This document shows positions 13,264-25,700 of a DNA stretch of 64,000 nt, in pieces. The notes beneath the pieces were generated by a model that made no database searches, was not told the DNA's origin, and saw only the letters and a program-made list of their open reading frames with translations. Position 1 is the first letter of the stretch; each line of letters opens with the position of its first letter. A program made the position numbers and the translations under genes. This stretch comes from Paecilomyces variotii (taxonomy: Eukaryota). The stretch is taken from NCBI GenBank assembly GCA_004022145.1, contig RCNU01000016.1. The stretch is one strand, 5' to 3'.

Positions 13264-16200
13264 GAGTCACAGTTCGAGCGGGCGGCCATTTCGTCTAGCG
13301 GGAACACGATTAGTTTCCGTCAGATGACGAGTATTGCTCGCCATATTGTTTCGCACCGGGCATAGTTGAACCCCCTTTCGCTTCTATTGTCTCAGGTGTC
13401 TTATCATGTCAGCTTTATGTTTATATTTATCATGCATTATATTATTAGGGTCACTTATTCCATTGAATAATTAGGGAAGGGTTCGGGAAAGCGTTTCGGG
13501 AGCGAAGGCTCGGAAGTCCTGGAGTATTTTGGTCGAGATGAATACGATTGAGTTTGGGTTCTTGATAATGATATGAAGGCGCTATGTGTGCTGTTATTTC
13601 TTATTTCCTGATCCTTTTTTTGTGCGTTCGAATCCCACTTTTGTGGAGTGACGAGGCGCTTTCATCGATTGGTTTCGTTTGAGGACGGATTACGTGTGGA
13701 AATGGTGATGCCGCCCACCCAACAAAGCACAAAATATGTCGAAGGAATTCGACCTGTATTGTCCACCAACACACCACCTCTTTTCCTTGTCGAGCACGGG
13801 GAGGGATGAGAGGTATCTAGGTCCGGCCTAGAGGGACTGCGGTGGTCTTGTCATACGTCTACGACGTTACGCTCTTTCGGTTATTGTATGAGGACTTGGA
13901 AGACAAATTCTTGTGGGAAGCGGCAGTGGCCTGTTGAGCAGATGACCCAATGTCTGGCTCTCATAGCGGGGAACAGAACGCATTACAACGATTATAATGT
14001 ATTAGCATGTGCAGGAAAAGCGTGAACTTCCGGCATTCATGATTATTCTCATGGAATAGGCGTTCTTCTCCACAATATCTTTCAACAGAACTAGAAAATC
14101 CGTATGCTTTAGTGAACCAGGGACCAGGGATTCTGACGGTCCCGGGCGAACTCCCCTGTCTACTATGAGGTTAGAGTGAAACAAGCTGCCAAGTGGAAGC
14201 ATGGTATCCATGCCATTCAGCAAATCAGAGTATCGTACATGTTCTGACTCCAGAGTTGGCGGTAAAGCGGTAACTTGCCGACTAGCTGTCAGGCCGACTT
14301 CAGACCCTGTGCGCTCGGGCATATAAACACGTCCGGCCTACCTATTGCAGACGTAGACCAACTGATTCGGCCGACTTTGTACTAGGCAGGGCCTTGTCAT
14401 TTTTTTCTGGCGGCACTGCTATCGGCATGCATAATAAAGTTTCTGATACAACCGAGAAAGCACCGATCTTGGGTCTCTTCGATCTGGACCCATCTGATGT
14501 CCGCTCTCGCGGTGCTCAAGAAGGACTAAACCCGGAGCTCGTGGCGTAGCCCCTTATTTTGCAGTTTACTTAGCCGCACGGCGCTTTCCAGCGTACACCT
14601 ACGGTCGGTTACGCCCTGAGTTGCGGAGAAATAGTGGAGGGCAGAAGGGACAGGAAAAGAACAGAAGAGAATGGGGGTGGCTAGTGAGTCGGGAGGTCCC
14701 TACTACATTCCAGCCTCTTTTTCAAATTACTCCCCCTTCTCAAGACACATAAAGAAGACACCTAGGCCTCTTCGAGACATCTCTCGAGTATAGAGTACGT
14801 CTAGGGCTATAAGGAGGAGACTGTATATTTTAAATAAATAACTATATATAGATAACTTATAATTATATTAGCTATATTAAGAGTATAATTAAATTACTTA
14901 TAAGTATTTAAACTTTAAATAAAGATATATTCTTATAAGGCTTAACTCTTTTACTTATATTAAGAAAATATTTAAATATTAATTAAGATAAAAAAAATAA
15001 ATATACTTAAAAGTTAAAACTTTTACTTATATAAAAGTATTATAATATAAAGTATAAAAAGAATAAATTCTTTAAGTCTATTAAAGTATAGACTTAGAAA
15101 TTAAGTTAAAATAAATTAAATAAAGTAATTAATATTAAGACTAGCTATAAAGTTTATTAATTTAAGCTAAAAATAAACTATTATTATAAGTAAGCTTAAT
15201 AAATAAAATATAGCTTAAAGAGTTAAATTTAAATTAAGCTATATAATAAAGATATTAATAAAATTACTTAACTCTCTTTATATTAAGTTAATTTAATTTA
15301 AAATTAAAGTTATTATAAGATATAAGCTTTATACTTTTAAAAAAGCTTTAAGAACTTTAATTATTAAACTATATAATTTAATATTAACTTAATTAAAATA
15401 TAATTATTATAGTTTTTTTAACTAAGTAATTAAAGAATTTAATTTATATAACTTATTAACTATTATAAATAATAACTTTAATCTTAAAAGTTATATAATT
15501 TACTAATTATATAACTTATTTAATATACTTAAATTTTTTTAAATTTTAAAATCTCTTTTAATTCTTAATAAGAAAACCTTTAATTATTATATTATAAGGT
15601 CTTTAGCTATATATCCTGTATAGCTATTACCTTTAATAGAAAGCAGTACTTAGTATATAGAGCTTAGCAATTAGGATAGTATATTAGGACTTTAACGCTA
15701 ACTACTATAGAGGCTTTAATACCTTATTTTATCCTATAGAATGGCCTATTTAAGTTCTTAATTAAAACCCCGAATATTAGCTATTTTCTCTTTACCTCTT
15801 ACCCCTAAATATAGAGTATAAGAGCTGCTAATATTCTTATACCGACAGTACTTAATATTCCCTAGATCGCGATTATAATAGACCCTAGATTTAACTCCCT
15901 AGATTTAATACATTTAACACCGACCTTAGACAGTACCCGCCGGATAAATCCCTTAGACTAAAGCTTATCCCTAGACTTTATAATACTAGATAACTCTAGA
16001 GCCGGAGTTAAAGCGGCCTATTAAACTATTAACCTATCCGGGTAATAATCTGCAGCTGCTCTTATTTTATATAGCTATCTTATACTTATCTACTATAAGA
16101 ATTATAGTTATTAATCTGTATATATACTCTAGTCTAATATAAAAAGGGGTCTTTAACCCTAGCCTAAGACTAAATATAATATATATAAGTGCTAGTAGCA

Positions 16201-19200
16201 GGAGTTCCTTATACTCTTAATACCTTCTAGCTAATATATTACTTATAGTATAATAATAGTAAGCTTAATTATTAATATATTACATAGTAATTATAAGGCT
16301 AAATCCTTATACTAGGCTAACTCTTAGTATCGCACTATCTTATTTTTTTTTTTACTCCTTTTATTCTAGAAAGCACGCTAATTAATAGATAATCCTTATT
16401 AATTAGTCTGGCAGAGCTAGGCATTTAGAGAGGGTATATAGCCTAATTATTTAAAGCTAATTACTAGAAGTAAGTACCTATTTAAACTATAAACTGCTAA
16501 ATTTAAAGTTATAATAGCTAATTAACCTTATTCTCTAATACTTCGCCTATTTTTATTTCTTTACCTTCTCCTTAGAGATCTCTTTTATAATAGACTTATC
16601 TATAGAATAATTATTAGTATTATCTAATTAAGTGCTTTTTAAATCTAAGCCTTTATTTAAAGTCTTATTATTAGACTTAGCTATATTATTATTATTTAAC
16701 TTAGACTTTATAGAGCTAGAGGCTCTAAAATATTAAGAAAAAGGGCGGGAAGAGAAATAAGAGAAAAAATAGGAGAAAGAATTAATACTAACAATTATAA
16801 ACTTAGCAATATAGGCTAAAGCTAAAAATACTATATCTAACTAAGAGGCCTTATCTTTAGCTTAATCCTTAGCTTAATCCCCGGCAGATATATTATTTGC
16901 TTTATTAAGGACCTTATAGTAATACTTATAAGATACTATATTAAATATAAATACCTGCATAGTAATTAGCGAATTATATAGAATATATAATAGGGCTATA
17001 GTATAAATATAAAGATACTTCTTCCCCTTAAATATAAAGTAACTAATTAAATTACTAAAGACTTAAAGAATATATCCTATATTAATAATAGGAAATATCT
17101 TCAGATTAAACTTTAGGCTAATTATAACTACTACCTAGAAGATAATATATTACTCTAGGCTACTCTTCTATAGAATATCTGCATTAACTGCCTTACTACT
17201 ATAATTATATACTATTAGCTATATATATAGTATTTAATACTTACTAATAGCTAGTAGCTTATAGATTATAATTATAATATAAGATAAAGAAGGCTCTACT
17301 ATTAATAGTATATAGTCTTTATATATATTAAACTCTAAGTTACTAAGTATTTTATAATATAATAGTAAGTTAGCAATAAGCAAATATTAGCTAAAAAGAA
17401 GGGCTTTTATAAGGTAAGATACTTAGCATAAATAAATAAGATAAAGTAGCCTTAATCTATTATCTTTACTAATAAATATCCCTAATAGAATATAACTATA
17501 CTACTTAGAAAAGTTAAGTTAAACTAATTATAGTACTCTATAGTAATAAAAAGACTATTAGGCTTAATAATTAGGCCCGGTAATAGTTCCTTTAGACCCT
17601 AAGTAAACGCCTATATAACTACTTACTTAGCTATAATTTTAAGCGCAGTATTAATAGCTAAGATGCCAGAAAAAAAACAATATATATTAAAGGTTAATAT
17701 AATGCTAAGCAGTAAAGATTCTAGCAAAGGGAAGTAAATAATAAAAGAAAAGAAGAATATTTAAAAAGATTAGAGGAGTTAGCAGGGGAAAATAATATAT
17801 ATATATTTTTACCTAGAGGAAAGTATACTTAATCCTTTACCTGCAGATTAATAAAATTAAACATTAATAATATCTATCTTCTATTTAAATAGGTCTTATC
17901 TAAATAGGCAGAAAAGGCTTAAGTATCTTTAGCTATATAATATTCTCTATAGTCTAAGCAGTATTATCCTCCTTAAATAATATACTAAGTCTTTAAGCTA
18001 ATATCGTCCTTAATATAGTAATATATAGCTAACTGTAGCTAAATATAGATATCTGCAGATTTACCCTAATATAGTAAAGTAATTAACTCTAGGCCTTATT
18101 AATAGTTATAGCAAAGGCTAATTTAACTAAGAATTATATATAAGTTAAAAGAAATAAGAATTTACTATTCTTAGATAGAAGCTTAAGCTATAGTAAAAAA
18201 TATTAATTACCTTAAATCTACTTATAGTAATCTTAATTTTTAAATAATAGCGCTAAATATTAGTAATAATAAGATAAGTTCTATTATATATACTATACTA
18301 TAAGTTATAGTTTTATATAAGTATTATTAATATACCTATCTTTAACTATAGATTACTTAAAGGTAATAAAGAAAAATAAAGGCTTTATAAAAACTCTATA
18401 GTATACTCTTTATCTAACTTATTATTACTATTATACTTATCTAATAATAAAAAATATATTTCTTAGCTAAGTAAGCAAGTAAGTAATATCTTATTAAACT
18501 TATTAATATTAATATTATATAGGGTTAAAATAGTATAATCTTAAAATAGAGCTAGACTTATAACTAGATTAATTATTGCCTAAAAATACTTTATAAGATA
18601 AACTAATTCTAAAAATATATCTAACTTATATATTGCCTAAATATATTAAGGTAGAGAAATTAGGCTAGTTATAGTCAGATTATAGTTAAAATCCGCTAGC
18701 TACTATATTAAATAGCAATTCTCCTTATAAATAGACTATAGGCATATATTATTAATTAGAGAAATAATCTTTAAATATAACTAAATTATAGTATATTATA
18801 GATAAATTGCTATAATATCTGCGCAATTACTGCTAGATATAATAAGTAAAATCTGCTAAAAATTATTATTAAAAATAGTAGGAATCTTATTAAATAGCTA
18901 ATCTCTGCTAAGTATATTATTGCAGATATTATAAAGTATTTAGTTAATAATATTAAAGATATAGTAACTAACTATAAGAGTCTTATCCTAAATAATTAAA
19001 GATATCTACTATATTAGCTCTACTACGCCTATCTCTTACTTAATATTATAAGTTAAATCTTTATTATATAATATAAGGACTTAAAAATATTTATAAGCAA
19101 TATAGCTACTAGGAAGAAGTAATAATATAATCTCTATAGAGGCAATATAAAGGATAATTAGGCTATAAGAATAGTAATATTTGGCTAGTATATTATATAA

Positions 19201-21492
19201 ATAAATCTTGCCTATAGTAAATAGAGATATTAATATTAGGATTATATAGTAAAAAAGAGAATCTTACTAATACCGCTAGGGCTATATAAAAAGAATTTTA
19301 CTATTATAAAATTTTCCTTAATAGCCTTAGTAATATATAAAAAGGCTATATATTACCCTTTATTAAGTAATGCAAAGCAGCGCTTAAAGGCATTATATTA
19401 CTTAGTATAATTATATATAAGCTCTTCTTATAGCTCTTAATAAGTATTTAATATCTATAATAATTAATTATATTATACTAAAGATAATCTATAGTCTAAT
19501 AGAATTCTATTAGCCTATACTATAGTCTGCTAAATATACTATAGTATAAAATCCTTATATAAATTATTATTAGGGGGATTAAATAGAAAGTATATATACT
19601 AAATATATATTAGTAAATTATTGCTAATTAAGTTATTAAAACGCTCTTAGATAATAATAGTTAAATTATATATTAAAGGTATATATACTAAAGCTATAGT
19701 AAATATTATATAAAGAATCTTATTTATCTAGAAGGTAATAGTATCTTTAAAATATTTTACCTACTTATTCTTATAATTAATAATATTAAGTATATAGTAG
19801 GCCTCTTAGAAGATAAGATAGATAATATTACCTACTATATAAATAGCTTTATAGCTTAAAGGGCTAAAGATAATTATTAGTAAATAGTATAAGTAGTAAG
19901 CCTTATTTTAATAAGGAATTAGGGGGTAGATCTATCTTATCTAGAAGCCTTTTTAATATAGCTTTTATCTATTTCTCTCCTAAATAAAATACTGCAGTAT
20001 ATTAATATAGAGATACTTCTCCGCTATAGGGTTTTTACAATAATACTTAAAGAATTCTAGGAGATAAATTATCTTACTATTAAGTATTTGCTAAACCTTA
20101 TCTATAGAGATATTAGTATTATATATAATATCTTGCTTATCTTTATTATATACTACTAATACTATAACTAAAGGCTTTATACTATCTATATAATATTCTA
20201 TAAGGCGCCAGATTGCTTCTAATATACCTAGATACCGCCTATTAATAAATTCCTTTATTTTATTAAAGCTAAACTTAACTATAAAGCAGTTTAGCCCCTT
20301 ATAAAGGTACTTATAGAGATAGCAAATCGCCTTAATACTGCTATATAGTTTAACATTAATATAAGCAATATACTTCTAGCTCAGGTAGGGGTTATAGGGA
20401 ACTACCTACTTATTACCTATCTCTAGAAACTCTCGCAACTAAGTAAAGTACTTAACCTTAATTTATATAGTATTATAACAGCAATATTATAGATAACTAT
20501 CCTCTATAATCTTAGTAATATTATAGAAAGGCTTAGAGAAGCGCTTAGAGCAAGTTTAAACACTATTAACCTCCTTTATATAGACAGCTATCGGGTTATA
20601 ATTACTATATAGCTAATACATTATTATCTTTATAACTACTATATATAACTGCTTACTACTATAACTATTAATAGGCAGAATCTCTGCTAAGATTACCTTA
20701 TTAAGGGTAAATAGGTTAAGGAATTACCGACTACCGTTTACCTATAAAAGGATATAAGTATAAGGAAGTCCTTACTTCTAATACTTAACTATAAAGATAT
20801 AGGCTTTATATTAACTAAAGATATCTTGCTTAATAATATTATCTAAGAGGCAGTTTAGCTTTATTTAAAATACCCGCGTAACTAAATTAGGACGGGTATA
20901 AATATTTTAAATTAAAACCCTAGTATTATCTTAAATAAGCTTATTCTTAATCTTTACTTAATATAGGTTCGCCGTAAATATAATAAAGAAAGTAAGCTTA
21001 TTATATTATATTATAATAACTATAGAATTATAGTAATACTTCTAATAATAGTATATACTTCTTATAAATATTACTAGTAAAATTACCTATTAACTTATCT
21101 TAGTAGGTGCTAATTAATTAGGTAAACCCTTATATAATTCTTAAGCGCGGGTACTTAACTATATCTAGGAGTATTTCTCAGCATATAGCTTAGACTAATT
21201 TCTCTATATAAAATCTAGCTTTCTCTTCTCTATTATAATATAGGCATTAATAATAAACTGCTAAAAGAAATTAGTACCTTAATATAGAATATTAAATAAA
21301 CCCTTATATAAGTATATTAGCTACTATACCTATATCTAATTAGTTAGCTTATTCTACTAATAAGAATTACCTTAATCTATTATCTTAGTTAATTGCATAG
21401 CCTAGTAATAGCCTATCTTACTATTAAGATAAAAGAGAATATAATAAAGCAGGAAATATAGAAGATAAATATAGTAAATATTTATTAAATAC

Positions 21493-21835
21493 TGTAGTAG
21501 GGAAAATTAATGCGAAGAATATAATTAGTTAAAAAGTTATATACTTTTACTTAAAGTCTTTAAAAAGTCTATAAGTAAAGTAGAAGAGAAGAAAAAAAAA
21601 TAAAAAGAAGATAATATCTTTTAGTTATTTAGAATAAAATAATTGGCTTTTCTTTTCTATTATTATTTAGTATTAGTTTAGTATTAGATTATTATTAGTT
21701 TATTATATTAGTCTATAGCTAAAACTTCTCTTTTAGCTTTACTCTAAGCTTTAAAACTAAATACTCTTCTCTTCCTTCTTAATACCTACTTGCTTAAAGA
21801 CTTTATATTAAGTCTTAATATATCTTCCTACAACA
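21493..21835 (+). repeat. A1 5' LTR (343 bp)
   Basis: Matches 38978-39321, 40287-40615, 59159-59487 and 62404-62732. The A1 pair shares a ~15-nt longer purine stretch absent from A2/A3. Confidence 0.93.
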
Positions 21836-22732
21836 AATTAGAGCTAAATATAAAGGGTATTAAAATATTAAGTAAAAATAAGGGAGAAAGGAAAATTAGA
21901 AGCTAAGATTAAAGCTAAAGTTAAAGAAAGAAATAAAAAGTAATAAAAAAATAAATAAAATAGCTAAAGAAGATTACTACTATAAATAAAAAAAAATAAA
22001 TATATCTCTTAAATTAGTAAAAATAATAAATATAATATAGGGCAAAAATATATATTAATAATAAGAAAAAGGAAGAACTGCTAAATATAAAGAAGAGCTT
22101 AGTAAGTATAAAAGGAAAGTAAAAATTTAAAAAGAATAAAAAATTATTAAATAAAAACTATTTATTAAAAAATAGAAGAATTTCTTATTATTATTTTTAT
22201 TACTATTCCTTTAAAAAAATATAAAAAAAAATACTAATCTTTTTAGTATTAGTTAAAATAAAAGAACTTCTAGCTCCTTAATATTACTAGGTCTAGAGGT
22301 ATAAATAGCTTAAGCATTTAAAAACGCAAGACTACTAATAGTGCAGCTAATCTAGGTTATATTAGCTCTATAAATATTAATACCTAGAAATCTTAGGGTA
22401 CTATATTTTAAAGGGGATAATATTACTTATTACTTAAGGCTTTTTAAAAGGCTATATAAAGTAAATTAACTCCTAGAAGAAGAAAAAACTAAATAATTTA
22501 TAGACTATTATAGCCTATTAATATTATTATAGATAAATACTTAATCTAAATATAAAAAAAAGAACTACTTAAAACTAGCAGAGGTAATTAAATAAGAGTA
22601 TATTTACTATAATAAATATTAAAGAAAATATAATATCTAATAGCTAAAAAGGTTTAAAAATATAAAATATAATAGCTTTAAGGACTTAAAAAAATATAAT
22701 TAAGAATATTAAGCTATATTAGAAGCGCTAAT

Positions 22733-25700
22733 TGTAAGGAACGGGGGTTCCTAGGGGTTGCTGACGAATTACTCCGCCAGCGATTATAGCGAGAGGGGTA
22801 GCAGCTTCGCGCACCCAGCTCGAAGAAGAGTCTACCAGCGAGACGAAGGGTTAACTATTATAATGAAGGGTCTAACTAGCGTAGAAAAGGGTCCACGCCG
22901 GAGGGTTCTAGTAGTAAAGAGTCTATATGAGTAAGGAAATAGTAGGGTATATGTTATATTAGAACAGATCGCTGGCTTCTAGTAAGATAGCGATTTAGAG
23001 CCTGTTTATATTCTAAATCTTAAGCACTTCCTAGCTTTATCTTATATAAATCCTGAAAGTAGGGAGAGCGGGGTTTAATTGATTACCTCGGCATTATATT
23101 TAGATTTAGGGCTTTACTGCAGTCCTGCGAGCTTATACCTTAGTAGGAGGCTAGGGGTATAACAGTATCCCCCCTCTTTTTAAAGGCTCGTCCCCGAGCC
23201 GTTATAAAGTTATTATATTAAATATAAAATATAGCTTTATAGAGGTTTGTCGTATAGTAAATAAAGGAGCTTCTCGCTATCTTTACAATAAAGGGTTAAG
23301 AAGTTATATAAGCTGGGAGTGTTATTTATATAATATTATAAGGTTAAAATTCTAATCCCTAATAACTATCTTCCTACCTCTTACTATATATAGCTCTTAA
23401 TCCTAAATATATTTAAATAAAGATTTAGACATGTTTTTAAGGTTATAATAATGCTAACAGTATAGCAGTTTATTAAACTTAAGAAATTAGTTGTTTTTTT
23501 ATTAGTTTCTAGAGCTTCCTGCTCTAGGGGTAAGTTATCTTAATTAACTATATTAATATAAGCTAATTTAATTTAGATAATACCGCCCTAAATTTATTTT
23601 ATATCTAAGCAATATAAGAAAACTTCTTAAATAAGTATTCTAGTGCGAGATTTTATATATTATATGCTGATTTCTATAGTATTAATAGCCTGAGGATATT
23701 ATCTCCCCCTTTAGGGAGCTATCCCCTCCTCCTATCTTTAAGATAGAGGATATAGCTGCTGCTGTTGTGACGCAGTTAAATCTAGTTACTACTATAATAC
23801 CAGAAAATAATCTCTTAACTACCGCTAAGATATTAGGGACTCTAGCTATTATTGTAACGCTAGAGAGACTGCCTTCTTAGATAAGTATTATCTCTTTTAT
23901 AGCTATTAATAGGTTAATATCTCTATTTACCCCAGGTCCTGTAGAGGATCTATTGGCTGAGATAAATATTGCGCTAGAATTAAAGTATAGAAGGTTTATA
24001 CCTCTATTAAATTAGCCTTTTTCTATAGTCCTAGCTACTGTATAAGTGGGTTTATTTAATTTAATAGCAGCGCTAAAAAGCCTGCTAAAAAGAAAGAGGA
24101 CTTATCCTATTACTAGGCTAGCTACTATAGTTAAGCTAAGAATAACTCCCGCTTATGCTATAAAAAGACTCTAGAGATAAAGCGCGGGGCGTGAGGAGGT
24201 TATTAATATAGGGACCCAGACTGAACCAGCTGCTATTAAAATGCCAGTTAAGACTATTACTATTATTATTGCTAATATAGCAATAGAAAATAGCCCTACT
24301 ATCTCCTAGCTAGGTAAGGAGTTTCTTTTAATACCTTAAAAGATATATCTTTACTGTTTAAAAGGGCTAATTAAGAATCCGGCACTTTAGTATATCTATG
24401 CTAATACTAATATTAAGTATAATTACTGCAGTTGCAAGTATAAGCCCTATATTCTAGTCCTATTAGTTTATAAAAATAAGCTTACTTATCTATAGAGCCT
24501 TGGCTGAGAGGCCTATCTCTCAGATAATCACGGGTCTTTTAAAGAGGCCTATAGTAAGTACAAATCTTCTATAGAGGTATACCTGCGCAAAGCGCCTATT
24601 AAGGCGGATATAGATAAGCTTATATCTACTGTTCTATTAACCCTATCTTTATATAAATAGTCTATAATATAGCTCCAGTAAGAGTTGCTTAGGTTACTTT
24701 ATTTAATAATATTAGATCTGCAGCGCATGTGAGAAATTATATGTATTATTTATAATATTCCTCCTTTCTCTAATAAGGAGGAGAATAAATCTATGCTAAT
24801 AGGGTTCTATAACAGTAAAGTAGATAAATAGGGGGGATTAATCTTAGGCCTATATTTTTAGTTCCTGCCGGGGGTAGCTTAGTTAAAATAAATTTATTTC
24901 TAGATAGACTAGCTTCTTATATTCTTATTAAAACTCCTAAACCTCTATAAATAAATAAATAGAAAAAGAGTAATATAAATTTAATAATAAAATAATTAAG
25001 TAAAACCTATAAACCTAGTAGGAAAAAAGGGAAATTTTGCTAGTTCTATTAACTCCTTTTTCTAGAGCTTCTTAAAGCCCTTCTTAAAGAGGTCTTATCA
25101 ACAGCTTATATTATTACCTTAAATTCGGCTAATATATCTTAGGCATACTTAAGGTCCTTCTTAGACTACTATAAATTTTTATAATCTAGATAGCCCTTCT
25201 ATTTAATTAAATATTGCTTCTTCTCCCGTATTATCTATTTATCTAGAATAGCTTTAATCTCCTATTCTGGTTTATTATCTACTAAGATTAGGTCTAAATA
25301 CTTAGGTTTAGCCCTTAGTCTCTGATAGTAGAGCTCTAATAGGGAGATATAAAAGATTAGGTATATTCTGCTCAGGCTCTTCAGAAGCCTAAGCTAATAG
25401 GCTTAAGTTCTAATTCTCTCTATAACTTTATAAGGTCCTAAATATTTTATGTCTAGTTTCTTAATTGGTTAATCTGTCTTTAAGTTCTTTATTAAAAGGC
25501 AGACTTAGTCTCCTACCACATAAGATCTAGGCTTATACTTTTTATTATAATGCTTCTATTGCGCAGTAATAGCCTTTTAGAGAGATTCTTCTAATTAGGC
25601 GCGTATTTCAGCAAGCTCCTTCAATTAATTATTAACTGCCGGTATATCTATTCGCTTCCTAGAGTTATATTTATTCTAACTCCTAGGGTTAAATCTATAG

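Noticed and set aside
13139-14322. ORFs 13139-13327(+) and 14002-14322(-)
   Set aside because: The first is out of frame with the last DUF2841 exon; the second has no recognisable features.
15627-15638. TTAC-N7-A, resembling a Starship target site
   Set aside because: Common by chance in AT-rich DNA, no matching repeat at the other end, and no DUF3435 captain could be read.
21836-21865. tRNA-type PBS for family A
   Set aside because: Even allowing for RIP, the spacing does not fit a tRNA 3' end, so the primer cannot be assigned.
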